A DNA stretch of 64,000 nucleotides from Trichosphaerium sp. ATCC 40318 (lineage: Eukaryota > Protista > Tubulinea). Shown in pieces: positions 1 through 12,914 of this stretch; the stretch's first letter is position 1; each line of letters begins with the position of its first letter. The stretch is from the NCBI GenBank assembly GCA_038496445.1, contig JALMLS010000564.1, forward strand, positions 434,001 through 498,000, given 5' to 3'. Below the pieces are notes generated by a model. The model was not told the DNA's origin. It saw only the letters and a program-made list of their open reading frames with translations, and ran no database searches. Both the position numbers and the translations under genes were made by a program.

Positions 1-548
1 CTTTATCAATACTTTTTTATTTTATTCAGCTGAGGTAAGTCACGGACAATATAGGGCTTAGAGTAGCAGTATTTCTAGATTCTAGAATCTAGAATTTATC
101 TGTAAAGTTAATTGGATGGGCATCTCTCAGAGCTACATGTAGAAAACACATTTTTTCTGCCATTTTAACTGTATCAGTCACCTTTTTAGACTAAAAAAGA
201 AACCATTGAGAAGCAGAGATTTTTGCAAACGCTTTCGGTACTTTTTCGATTATTCTAAAACCTAACCAAAGGCATGGACTATGTACGAAGCTGTCTGGGA
301 AAGCAATGGCAACCTATTAGGTAACGTATTGACTTTGTAGATCCAAAGACGCATAGTCTGGCTCAGCCAGAAAGTACTGGCAGTCGTTTGTTGCTGGCCA
401 TCAAATAGCGTTATTAGAGTCTCTGTACGTTACTTGACAGGCAACTATGACCCATGGACTTGCTAGAATTTGTTTCAATCCAGAGTCTGATCTGATTGGA
501 TTTTGTTTGACTTTTGGTATTGTCCACCCGCATATTTATGGCACGCAA

Positions 549-1283
549 ATGGAACAAAGCTCCGCTATTAAAAAGGTTGGTACAAAAATTGGATTTGTTC
601 TAAATTAGCGCTAGATAAACATCTTGCCATCCTGTAGCCACCAATTACTACATCTGCCTGTTGAATTACACCTTTATATTGCTGATTTAGACTTTGAAGT
701 GTTTAAAAAATGGTCTATACTATCCAAACACACAGCAACAACAACCAGGTTTGATATTGATCTTAAAAAACACGGAAAGTGGGTAAAACACAGCAGATAT
801 TTTCAAGCCGCCAGAGTAGAACAATATTGGAGACATGGTCAACGCACTGGCGAATGTAAGACTTTTCGTGAAGACGGTCAACCGTATGAGAGGTATTACT
901 GTGTAAAAGGTTTGAAACAAGGGCAATTTAAGAAGTGGTACCTTAATGGTCAATTGTCTGAGGAGTGTACTTATGTCTCTGGCAAAAAAGACGGAGAGTT
1001 CAAAAAGTGGTTTGATAACGGTACATTGTGGATTCAATGCCAATGTGTCAATGGTAAAAAAGAAGGAGAGTTTACGCACTGGTATATCAATGGTCAAAAG
1101 AGGATGCATGGATATTATGTTAATGATAAAATGGAAGGAGAATACAAGCAATGGTTTGACAATGGTCAGTTAAAAGAGATATGTAATTTTGTCAATAGTT
1201 GCAGAGAAGGCGAGTACACAAAATGGTATGACAATGGAGAATTAATAAAAAAAGGCCGCTATGTTGATGGCATAGCCATATAG
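549..1283 (+). CDS. F-box-like + MORN-variant (YwqK-type) repeat protein
   Basis: ATG549 (MEQSSAIKK), GT-AG intron 576-614, then one long exon. LLHLPVELHLYIADL is F-box-like; ~7 repeats of 24 aa of the type G.KEGEFKKWY.NGQL...C.YV. Confidence 0.8.
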
Positions 1284-1423
1284 TAAGTAGCCTTTGACTT
1301 ACAAGGGAATTCACCAGCCAGTTCGGCTTCGTTTCATTTAACACGTGACTAGAAACAAAACCTTACTTTATTTCTGTTTAAACAAATGAATGCCTTGTTG
1401 ATGTATTGTTGGTTTCTTTTTTT

Positions 1424-3215
1424 TTAAACCCTTCTGTACCTATCAGTGGATTGCGTTTGGCCTACTTGTTTTGGCTTTTCGAATTTACTTACTATCTTGT
1501 CGAGAGCCTCCAATGTCTTTGAAAGTGCTTCAGCATCTTCTTCGAGCGTGTCTATCTACACTGATTTAGTGGAAAGTTAAAGTTAATTACTAGTACCTCT
1601 TTTTCTAGGTAAGCCTTGAACACATTACATTTTTCTTTCCATTCTTCTCTTGTTGTAGTGTCTTCCTTACTGACAGGAGCAAGTACAGTTTTTAAGAAAC
1701 GAACATATCTCATTAGCATAACTGACTTGCGGGCACACTTATTTTGGTAAAATTCTGTATCTCCCTACACTGCGTGAGACGTAATTAAGAAAAATGACGA
1801 ACGTCAGGAATTTTTACGACATCTTCAAAGGAGTATTCCTTCTCATCTCTTGTGTTGTACGTCGTTCTAAATAATTAAAATCCATAAAAATACTACAACT
1901 TACCTAAGGATACTTTCAGTTGCTTGGTCCTTATGTTTGCGTTGTACTTGTACGACCACAACTCCACCTTGTGTCTTTCCGTCTTCTTGCCTGCTAGGGC
2001 TTGAACTAGGCATTTTAACCAGAATATTGGCCTCTGGCTTCTCGTATCCTAGATGTCTATTAACACTATACAACTAGCTATTGTATACCTGGTGATCCGT
2101 AAATACGGGTTGGTACTAAGTTGTCGTCTTGAATTGCAATGTTCAAGTCGAACACGTTGATTGTGTTTATGTAGTCAAAGTCGTCTTTCATTAGTTCAGA
2201 GAATTCTTTTGGTGTATTTACGGAGAGGTAACAACATCCTTTCACTTTTGATATCTTATCTATAGTTTCATCTGCAAACTCGTTACCGATACCAATAAAT
2301 GTTGTTAATATCTTCGCTTTTGTTGCAGCATTAAACTCATCTGAAAGCGTATCAAAATCACTCTGAAAGAATCAGTTAGTTGGTATTATTTGTTCGGAGA
2401 AAAACACGTGCATTTGATACACGCATATCAGTGAAGAAGAACATTCTCTTTTCGCGACCAGGTTCGCTCTTGGTTTCCATCAACATTTCCAGTCCAGCTT
2501 TGTATCCTTAGAAAAAAATGAGAATCTTTCTGAATCTTTACTTATGAACCTTTTGCGAGGTCAGTGCCACCTGTAGGTGTGATTTTCTTTATTTCTCCAG
2601 CCAGTTTCGAGCGATTAGTGTCTTTCCAAGGCGTCAAGGGATGCTTGACTGATGCTTTACTCTCAAAAAGAACCAGTCCAAACGAGTCTGTATCTTGCAA
2701 ATTATCAAACATTGCAATTACACTGTCGTTGGCAACTCCCATCTACCGTCTTTTAAAAAAACATAAATTGATTTTAAAAAACGTTTTTTTTTTTCAATAC
2801 ATACTCTTGTCTTGCTACCGCCAAAACGTGAGCGCATAGATCCAGAAATATCCATGACGACTACTATATCTATTGGCCAACGGCCGTTGAACTTGTACAA
2901 TCCAGGACCGTCTAAGCGGCTTGCTAGACCAATAGTGACAAATGTTTCAAGGCGCCCTTCGTGGAAAAACAGTTAAAATTGCAACGTTGAGTGTTCAGCG
3001 AAATACTTGGACGTACCATCTATTGGATCTTTAGAACGTGAGGTGAAGTAGCGTGGAGAAAACGGTTTTTCTGTTTCAGGAGGTCCGACGTTAAAGAAAT
3101 GGTTATAAAAAGTGCCTTCGTATGCGACACTGCTTGCTGAAGGTAGACTTGAATGGTTTGAAGCCAACTGAGAGTCAAAACTAACTGTACCAACCATACC
3201 GAATGATGGTCTCAT
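1424..3215 (-). CDS. von Willebrand factor A (vWA) domain protein, multi-exon
   Basis: MIDAS motif DIVVVMDISGSM, ITPTGGTDL, N-terminal LPSASSVAYEGTFYNHFF; many GT-AG introns; termini approximate. Confidence 0.75.
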
Positions 3216-3356
3216 GTTTATTAGGGATGCTGTGTTTATGCAAAACTTAGGTGCTGATGGGCTGTCAGAAAGTCGTTGACGTTAGCAGTTGTCCATCGAT
3301 TTTTAACGTCCTATAACTACAGTGGGTGGCAAACCACAAGCGCGCACGAATGGTCT

Positions 3357-4557
3357 ATGGCACATAGCGCTCGTCAAAAGCGTGTACGTAAAAAAAGCAA
3401 CGGGCCTGATCCTCGCATTGTAGAATTCAACATTGGTGGTCGTGTACGCGTAATACGTGGTGTTTTAGCAATTTATTAGAATCAGGTGTTTCAAACAAGC
3501 ATACAGACGTTACAAAATGAGTTTTCGGTACTTTCACAGTACAAGACGAACCCAGGACAGTCCGATATTCGTTATGATAACGAAGGTACGTAATTTCGCT
3601 TTGTGACGCTACTAATGAGCGCTGAAAGGACGTATATTTATTGACAGAGACCCAACGTATTTTCGATGGATTTTAAACTACCTAAGAGACGGGTTTTTAG
3701 TTACTGCACCTAGCACTGTACAACAACGGCTTGAATTACTACAAGAAGCGAGGTAACAGATAGCACAAGCAATACAAAAACAACCTTTTTTTTTTCAGAA
3801 ATTTCAGAAAGTTTATGCTAATAATTTCCAGGTACTACCAACTTACAAGTCTCAGTGGTCTTCTTGAGCAACAGCATATGCAACAAACAGTACAACCAAA
3901 AGAACCTCCAACATTCTTCTCAGCACGGCCAAGCCACAATGGTCTTTTTTATATTGCAGGTAAAAAAGTCAAAAGTTGGAAAGTTTATTAACGTCATATG
4001 CCCGCAGATGCTGAATATACATGGCAAAATATTGGTTTTCCTTTAAGCGTAATACACGAGTCTTGGGACAAGATTGGTCTACGATTTGCTGAAACTGGAG
4101 TCGATGAGATGACATTTATGTCACTCTCTTTTGGTACAACTGTAAGTAATTTCTTTCGCGGAAATCCTTTGTTTTTCCCCGTTAATTCTTGATTTAGCAA
4201 ATAATACAAAACGCTCAGGCTATAGGAACAGTACCTCTGATGATTCATAAAGAAGCTACAACACAACTTGGACTAGAAGACGAAAAAGGTAAGGAACAAT
4301 ACTGCGTGAAAAAAAGTGTTTTCTTGGATAGTTTTGTTTTGCTAATGTTTTTTTGTTTAGGTGCTGTTCACACTGCTTCGTTTGTTTTTTGGTTTGAAAG
4401 AGCTCCAACAGAGAAACAGTATCCACAGCTGTATGTAAAAATAACTAACTCTAGTGATCCTTCAACACTTGTTGTACGTGGTCTTGATTTCTATAAGCCA
4501 ACCGAGGTGAATGATCAGGTTGAGCGCGGTGAGAGTGATCCAGCTCAAGAACAGTAA
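3357..4557 (+). CDS. KCTD-type BTB/POZ (T1) domain protein
   Basis: Spliced translation gives IVEFNIGGRVFQTSIQTL ... GRIFIDRDPTYFRWILNYLRDG ... LLQEARYYQL. Confidence 0.85.
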
Positions 4558-4968
4558 ATAACTAATTTTGGTGTTGCTCTAATATTTATTTTGGTATTTG
4601 TAATAAAGAAATATGTACTTAATATGATTGTAAGCTTTATTAGAACGCTAGTATTTACCTTCCAAGAAACAAGAAGCTGGGTACACAAAAGGAGAAAACA
4701 GTAAGATTACCTTAGTAAATAGGTCATAAAAAACAATGCACGTGTGCATTCAATATCTCAGTACCTCAAAAGTTTCATATATTGTGTACTACCGATTTTG
4801 GATGATTGAGTTACTTGTATGTGAAGACACCATAATTTCTGACCTTGCTCTTATCCATGAGAATCATGAAACCACTCAGTGGTATGATAAAAAACTCGAC
4901 AAGCTTCGCTTTGGCTCTTGGATTCATCTTTATTTGTGCTAAAAATAAAAAGTCACAATCTGTTGCAA

Positions 4969-6126
4969 TCATTTGACATAGAGCTGTTTATTGTCTCCTA
5001 CCAGAAACTTGCCATGCATCTCTGTAATGTAGATTGATAGGACTCTTTGTAACCACAATCCAACCAATAGAGAAGAGATGCAACATCACGTGTTGTTTTG
5101 ATGAAAGCCATTTAACATACGTAATATTGAAACCACCACAAACCAATTTAACTTTTGCTTCCCAAATACCACCTATTCAGCATTATTATAAAACCGCTAA
5201 TACCCTAGTCTAACCGATCCTTGGTTTTATTATCTCTCTCCACTGATATTCCAGGTGCTCATTACGCGATGCAGGATGCATCAAAGTACCTTCATCTGCA
5301 GTGAAAGGATAGATAACACCATTCACAGTAAGAAACTTATCAACTGAGTTATACTCGTATTTAATAGGTTTCTCTACATAGACGTTGTTATCGTATTTTG
5401 TGTATACACCTTCTCCATTAGGTCCTAGAGCTAAAAGAAATAAAAAATAAGGACCAGAATAAAGTAAGAACAAAACGAACATATTGTATGAACCCAAGTC
5501 TTCCATATGCCATTCATTGCCTTAAAGTGGGAGTATAAAAAGTACATCCCGTTTGCAAACTTGTGTTGCTGTTGTGGAGCTGGCTGGGAACCAGGTGTAG
5601 GAGAATCAGGTGTTGGTTCAGGCTGATTATTTGTGTCTGGTTCAGAACACCTTTCGTTGGAATGGAAACCGAAGTTACTGGTACTTTGTATGTCTTCAAC
5701 ATCTCAAGAATACGCTCTTTGGTGTCATCTTTAGTGCGCAGTTTACCTTAAAAAACCCTGTTAGAACGCAAACAGTGACGTGTCGCTCAAGTTGATAAAG
5801 CACGTGGTCGAGAGAATAAAGTTGGAAGCTTGACAAAAAGTCGTTTACAGTTCCTACAAAAATTAGCAACGTGCCTGTTCTGAAGTACATGAGAAGGGCT
5901 TCGAAAGCTTTAGGATCATCGTCTATGAAAAAGGCACCACTATTGTCTAATAACGGATCTTCTTGTTTTAACAAATCGCTTATCTCGTTTTCACCACGCG
6001 CAGCGAGTGTAGCAGCTGTAGTACTAAATAGACGCCCCCAACGTTCAGCCTCACTATTTTTTTTTGGTCATCCGTCAGGGATGGAGGTACGCGATCCAAA
6101 GTAACCAGTGATTTCTCTTCTGCCAT
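4969..6126 (-). CDS. KCTD-type BTB/POZ protein with apparent 1-nt frameshift at a G5 run (6035-6039)
   Basis: IVRLNVGG in one frame, RLFSTTAATL...FFIDDDPKAFEALLMYFRTG in the next. The 3' end is uncertain and may extend to ~4640. Confidence 0.65.
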
Positions 6127-6360
6127 AATGTTAGTGTTAAAGTCTGTGTTCTGAATAGGAACTGCACTTAACAATATTGAGCTAGGTAAATCCACTCGTG
6201 CTACGCTAGAGCCACCAAAGACAGCCTCTTTTTGCCATAGCCTGATTGTCAACGTCAGTTCAATCTAAGCTAGGTGGTTGCCACTCACTTTTTCGTAACT
6301 ACAGAGCTTCGGAGACAGTTTCTTAGAAATGAGGTACTAATTTTGAGGTTGATTGTTTTA

Positions 6361-9324
6361 TTAGGCTTTGTTGAAGTGGTCCATAAACCAGTATACAAGA
6401 TCTTCTTTCGAAGGCGCGATAACGCCAATAAAGTTAAAAAAATCTTCCCAGGACTTAATCTCTCTTACTGCGTCATCTGCTTTTCTATACTCTGCATACA
6501 TTTCTCTTGAAGGCAAACAGTTAAAAATATCTCTACACTTGGCTAACATGAGAATAGAACGTCCTAAAATAACATGAACATCAATACAAGTTACAACAAC
6601 AAAGGTTCAAGTACGAAACAATCAATAGCTCACCTTTTCTCCAACATATGTACTTAACAAACCAACATGTCATTGCAAACATTTTAATGAGTCCAGTGGT
6701 TTTTGTTGGCAAACCGGTAGATAACACATCCTCCAAGATTTCGTCTAAAACAAGTTAAAAAAATACACAAAAAGTGAAGTTGTATTTAACGCGTCGTACC
6801 TTCAAAGCCTCCAGACTTTTTATGCTTTCTAAAATTAACCTTCTTTGTTCTAGTAACCAGTAACCTTATGATTTCATTCAAGAATGGCCATAACATATCA
6901 TTCCAAGAGCCTTCTTGAACGTCTATCGCAACAGTATGTAAATGAAATAGCTCATAAAACTCAAGAACTATAAGATTCTCTCTATGATCTTTGTCTGTGA
7001 TGAACTTATGATATCTATCACGTATATCACTAATAAATTCCGGGAATCTCTGAGCATAAAGAAGAAGTAACCGATGTACGTTGAAGTACACTAAAATAAA
7101 CAACATTACAAAATAACAAAAAACACGTGATGAGTCAAACTAAAAATTCATTGAAAGTATGACAAAAAACAAGGTTAGACGTACTGTGTAGGTTCTCCAA
7201 GTAACCGAAATCTAGTATACTCTTTGAAACTGATCCATGAAGTAAACTCGCTATTACAGGAACTGCTATTTTGGGATTCTCAGCTACGTTAAAACTGAAC
7301 TTTCCTTTTTCCATTTGTTTCTGGTACATTATACCAATAGCCTTGTCTATTGTTGGAAGTGCACTAGTAATAACACACATTAATAGAGAGCACAAAAAGT
7401 AACAAAAGAAGCCAATAAATTAAGCACATACCGAAGTCCATGGCTTGAATTTATCCAAATTGGTATCCATGTATCAAATTCATCATTAAAGGGTGTAATA
7501 GTGACTTCTTCTGCGAGTGATATCATGCTCATTAGACCAGGGCGTGATAAGCAACGTATTGTATAGCACCCATGGGAAAGATTTTTTCTCTGGATCTTGA
7601 CACCGTGACCCAAAGATGATCGTTTACATGAGCTCCAAGTCCACCCACATGTCAACAGTTTTGATGCTTCTTTTGCCCTCTAATGTACTTACATTAGTCT
7701 TCATCAATACTAATAAACAAAGTGTATACCTGGCTAATAGCTTGAAGCCACAAGTGTCCATAAAATCCTTGCTGTCCAGGAAATTCATCTTGCAAAATAT
7801 TCCACCAAACACTAAATAGAACATTACTAACAATTATCATGATGTAATTATTTCGTTACCTCTTCTCTCCACCAATTCTTGCAAAGTCGTTACATACGTA
7901 TCTCATTGTTATGATGTTGGGCGGATACAAAAACGAAAAAATTATGCATATGATCTCGTCAGGGAGAGAACCAAAAATAGAATCTTCCAAACCACATGCT
8001 ACTCGGCGTTCAGGTTGTTTCGTTCTTCGTTGCTTCTGTTGAATGGTTCTACTATTAGGCGTCCCCTTTCTCGAACCAGTAATCCTATTAGGCTTGATTG
8101 TGGTATGTTGATCGCGTAAATCAAGTCTTTGAGACGGTAATGGGCTCTGGACATTTTTTTGATGAATCGTTTTGGTGGATTGAAGCTTTTTAGTTCTGGC
8201 ATTGTCATGCTTCGTGTCAGTAGTTTCTTGCTCTTCAAATCCGGAATCGAACTCTATGACATCCCATACATCACCTTCTTGAGATTTTTTAGAACGTTGC
8301 TTTGAGTGAGCTTGTTTATTTCTGTTTTTCTTCGAAGCTATTTTCTTCTGGGCAGGTTTTTTGAAACCGTCAAGTTTAAAAGGATTATAATTCAGTAGGT
8401 AGTCTTTAACATCCAAAACATCAAGCTCTTTGATTGAGTTACTACCATTGCGATTCTTGTTTTGCCTTCTTGGGTCGAATAAGTGAAGCTTACGGGTCGG
8501 TTTAGGATTGGGAATAAAAGATGGCCAAATAGAGTTTTTTGAGCAATGCCTACAAGAAGGACATTTAAAATTCCTCGCCTTGGGCTTAAGAAAAATGACA
8601 GTTAGTTCATATTAACAAGAACACAAACATATAAAGGTATACGTACTGAAGAAACATTGAAATATGTTGGAGTTTTAAAGATAAATCTAACAAACCTCTC
8701 CAAGTAACGAACAACACTTTCTTCCACTTTATACATTGGTGGTGCAATTTCTTGGATGTAAGGATATGGATTTATACAAACCATCCATCCGTTTGCTACC
8801 TTTACTTTTTTGTACGAACGCAGTATATCAGTATCTGTACGCAAATAGCATGTAGAAATGAACACGTTTGGAAATACTTGTGGAAACGAAGCTGGAAACT
8901 TAACTATCACGTGCACTATAGGTCCTTTTGGACTTTGACGTATGTTTGCATGCCATTCTCTTAGATTATTCTTTAAAGGCCATGCTGTCACCTAAAAAAA
9001 AGCGAATTAACGGTTGCGGAAAAAAAGTGTCGTTTTCAGTTGAAAAATGTTTGTAATCGTACTCTTGGGCTAGGATTTTCCTTTAGAGCCAACGCTTCAT
9101 TACGCAAGCGTATATTTCCAATCTCAGCCACTGTTAAAGGCTCAAACAACTTCCTGTCTACTTTCTTTGCCGGTCTGCTTGAGTAAACCACCTAACACTC
9201 GTTTAACGGCGTAGAACGGTTAAAACTATTAAAACACGCTGTATGCCGTAATTTGTTATGTTGCCCAATGCCTATTTCCTTTATATTGAACTCTACGTAC
9301 CGTGTGCCAATAGGGGTTGGACAT
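6361..9324 (-). CDS. UBC (E2)-like + F-box fusion protein with conserved helical C-terminal domain
   Basis: RLRNEALALKENPSPRVTAWPLKNNLREWHANI...KFPASFPQVFP (UBC fold); CPSC motif; FGSLPDEIICIIFSFLYPPNIITMRYVC (F-box); C-terminal VHRLLLLYAQRFPE...WEDFFNFIGV. Confidence 0.7.
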
Positions 9325-9708
9325 GGCAACCACTGAGAGAGTATGAAACAGAAATAATCAGCCCAATCAGTTGTATGTTGTCAAAATCAGAAAAGTTGGA
9401 AAATTCTGTATTTTCGGTTCTTTGAACTGAAACTTCGTAGATTTACTAGAAAAAACACAACATTTACACGTGGTAATACGTCGCCTAGTGACAAAAGAAG
9501 AAATGAGTATTGAGTGCCTTTAGGTAGTAAAAGACGTACAACAGATCAAAAGTAACTGCTTGGTGTTTATCTAAAAAGAGATACCTGGCGGATGTAACCA
9601 CGATCACAACTACTGCGCTCATTAGGATATATGGCTCCATAGACGCACTAAAGAGGTTTGGCATTGTTATGCTGAGAAGGGCAACTGTTAGTAAGCTGTG
9701 ATACTAAT

Positions 9709-11010
9709 TTATTGTAAAGTACATCGCGATGAAGTCTTTATAGGTGCCGCTGTTGTTCTAACAGTACAATTACAGTCAATACCATGTCTAAGGTGTCTAA
9801 CAACAACAACCCCTCTTTTTATTAGTTTATGGACCATTGTGCAACTGATGTTTTTACATCCTCTTATACCAAGAATTTCTACACTTGCCAATTTCTCTAT
9901 GCTTTTATCAGTGACTCTATAGCAGCCACAAATCCATAAAGACTCAACACTTGACAATGCCTCCACACCTGCATCTGTTATACTCGTACAAGATACCGCA
10001 TTAACTATCTTAGCACCAGACAGAGCAATGAGACCACGATCTGTAATACGATTACAATAATCCATTTGTATTATTTTTACACCTCCAAGTGCCTCAACCC
10101 CAAAATCAGTTATTTGGTTACAATTTGATATCCTAATTGAATACGCTCCTTTAAGAGCTCTCACGCCTCTATCAGTGATACTGGTACAGTGATCAAGTCG
10201 TATAGTGTGAACTCCAGCCAAGGAGATTAGCCCAGCATCACTTACAAACGTGTTTGATAAGTCAATAGAATGAACCCCTGCCAAAGCACTAATACCTTCA
10301 TCTGTGATACTGTAACATTTATGCAATTTTATAGTATGAACTCCTGCGACAGCTTTAATACCCATATCAGTTATATTTGCATTTTTTGATATGTCAAGAA
10401 TGTGAACGCCTTTTAAAGCAATGATACTTAAATCAGTGATACTTAAGCAAGAAGATAAGTCTACACTATATGCTCCATGAAGCATAGCTACTGAATAATC
10501 GGTCACTGTGTATGGCAGGGCAATTGTGTGCACGCCTTTCAAGCACTTCACAGCCTCATCAGTAGCTTTCGTTTGTTTAAGATTGATTGTATGAACACCT
10601 GCCAATGCCTTGATTCCATCGTCTGTTACCCTACAGCTACGCAATGAAATTGAGTGAACGCCTGCAATAGCTTTTATTCCGTTATCAGTTAGTCTATAAC
10701 AACCAGAAAGGTCAATAGTGTGAACTCCTGCGAGCATATCCATGACTTCGTCTGTGACATAACAGTCGCACATACTTGTATTTAAAGGTGTATTACGTAA
10801 CAACGGGCTACCCCGTAGTAAAGAAAATCCACAAACTTTTACAATTTTGATACCTCTGTATCCCACGTGATTATGTATAACATCGCGTATGTAATGACAT
10901 GTTTGCGCCGAAGGCATCCTAAATATGCAATAGCTAAATACTATTACTAGTACTTCAATAGGAAGGAGTGTAAGAAGGTAACTCGGCTTGCTCTCTGTAC
11001 TAAGGTTCAA
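9709..11010 (-). CDS. F-box + leucine-rich repeat protein (LAGVHTIDLS.C..ITD.G repeats)
   Basis: Uninterrupted 433-codon ORF; LLTLLPIEVLVIVFSY F-box; more than 10 LRRs of ~21-22 aa. True start may lie in a short upstream exon (~11060). Confidence 0.85.
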   Translation of the reverse strand: MNLSTESKPSYLLTLLPIEVLVIVFSYCIFRMPSAQTCHYIRDVIHNHVGYRGIKIVKVCGFSLLRGSPLLRNTPLNTSMCDCYVTDEVMDMLAGVHTIDLSGCYRLTDNGIKAIAGVHSISLRSCRVTDDGIKALAGVHTINLKQTKATDEAVKCLKGVHTIALPYTVTDYSVAMLHGAYSVDLSSCLSITDLSIIALKGVHILDISKNANITDMGIKAVAGVHTIKLHKCYSITDEGISALAGVHSIDLSNTFVSDAGLISLAGVHTIRLDHCTSITDRGVRALKGAYSIRISNCNQITDFGVEALGGVKIIQMDYCNRITDRGLIALSGAKIVNAVSCTSITDAGVEALSSVESLWICGCYRVTDKSIEKLASVEILGIRGCKNISCTMVHKLIKRGVVVVRHLRHGIDCNCTVRTTAAPIKTSSRCTLQ

Positions 11011-11597
11011 AGAGTAAGTAGTGGTGTTCTGCTTTTATAATGTACTTGCGTGGGTTCCATGGAGGGAAATGCTGTTGTAGTGCCAGATTTTATTTGAAAA
11101 AAAAACCAAGAAGTTAACTTCGCGTCAATGTTAGTCAGTCCATTTACCTTAATCTCGAGATTGCTTTGAATCTTGACCAGCTACGCATTGGTAGCTGCCA
11201 AATTTTTGCACTTTTCTTTACTTGAATGGCATTCTAGATGAATAGTGGAATAGGTTTACGCATTGTAAAGTGGTTAGTAGAAGATAGTTACAATTTGCAC
11301 TTAGTGAAACCCATTTTGGAAATGCTCGTTGCTCCACTTATTAGTATTCCTTCGTTCATCAACCAGGCTAGTGTAATTTCCCTCATGGCTGACTTGGAAG
11401 CTAGTTATTGGCGATTCTCAGATCTGAAAGAATCGCACCTAATGGACCTTGCCTGGGGTTAGGTGATCTTTTTTCCAATTCTATGTTGTAGCATCACCTG
11501 CTGTGAACACAGGTAGAGCTATAACTTAAAGACAACAAGTGACAGTCCACAGAAATCTCATTGAACCTCAAAATTTTGTAAAAATTACCTAGCGAAC

Positions 11598-12593
11598 ATG
11601 CCTGATAGTGAAGACAAGCCACCAGCAAGAATTCTAGTATTCCTCATATGCGTAATAATAACAGCAGCGTTATTTATCTGCTTGGGCCTCCTTTTCTTTG
11701 TACGTACCGGAAAAACCTCTAGAATGCCACTTCTTAACGCAGTATATCAAACAAAACGCGTAATAGGCAATAGAAAAACCGATCTAATGTATCTTTTTTT
11801 TTTTTAGATTCTCTTTATTCTCCTTCTAGCTGACGTATTCGATGGCGACACAGTGGATACAATATTTGCTTGTATAACTTTTATCTTGTTAACGGCTCTC
11901 GGTATAATAGGCACGTGATTGTATTGTTTAGGATGTTTTGAGGCGTTTGAAACGTTTGTTGATGTTTTTAGGCATGTATGGAGCTATTAACAGAGGAAAA
12001 CAGTGGTTATTGTTCTACGCTATAGCAAACTTTATTGCGTGGTTAATTGGATTCATCCAAGTAGTACGACGTCACCATCATGACGACAACAAGTTTTATT
12101 GAAAAAAATTTGTTTATTTTATTTATTTCTTCCTAGGTACTTTATTACGTTGCGTTTAAAGAATGTCAAGATGAAGAAAAGCTTGAAAGTAGTTTATGGG
12201 ATTTGTTCGATAGAGCTTGCGATGAAAACGTATGCAGCTATTTTTGCTACAATTCAACGTTTCAGGTTTTATGGTAATCATTATTTTTTTTATAGATTGG
12301 AGATGCATGGCTATGGTTCCCTTCGCTGGGCTTACTACTCTTGCATACTTTTGGATTTTTTGGTGCATTCTTTTCGGTACTAATTCTTTTATCACATGAA
12401 TTTTATCCATTCTTACATGTATGTAGTTCACATGCTTGAAGAAAGAAAGCGTACGATATATATTCTAACAGAGTTTTTTTTTTGTTGTACTTTGATGCTT
12501 ACTTTTTGTTTAGAAACCTCTGACAGAGAACTTTTACGCATAGTAAAGAAGAAAAAGACCCTTTGCCTTGCTTGTACTTGCGTATGTGAATAA
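11598..12593 (+). CDS. Four-TM (tetraspanin-like) membrane protein, multi-exon
   Basis: Several hydrophobic segments, GMYGAI motif, Cys-containing loop, GT-AG introns; end uncertain. Confidence 0.45.
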
Positions 12594-12914
12594 TATATCG
12601 GGGTTTTTTGACATTCGTTACTTTACAATACTTGAACGAATTTGACTGGTACAACATTTTCTACATAACGTGGTATATTTTTTTGTCCAAAGGAAAGCTA
12701 ACAATCAAACAAGGAGGAACCAATTGCAGCTATTTAACCTACTCCATATTTTCTTGTTTTTTTCTTATATTTTACGTACAATACTGCACTCAACGCAATA
12801 GGGTAGTAACTGTAGTAGACGCGATTACCACAAGTGTTATAACTCAAAATACTAAAAGCGCTTGTCGAACCCAAAAAACATTGAAAGAGATAATTATTCC
12901 TTTTAATTTTTTAT

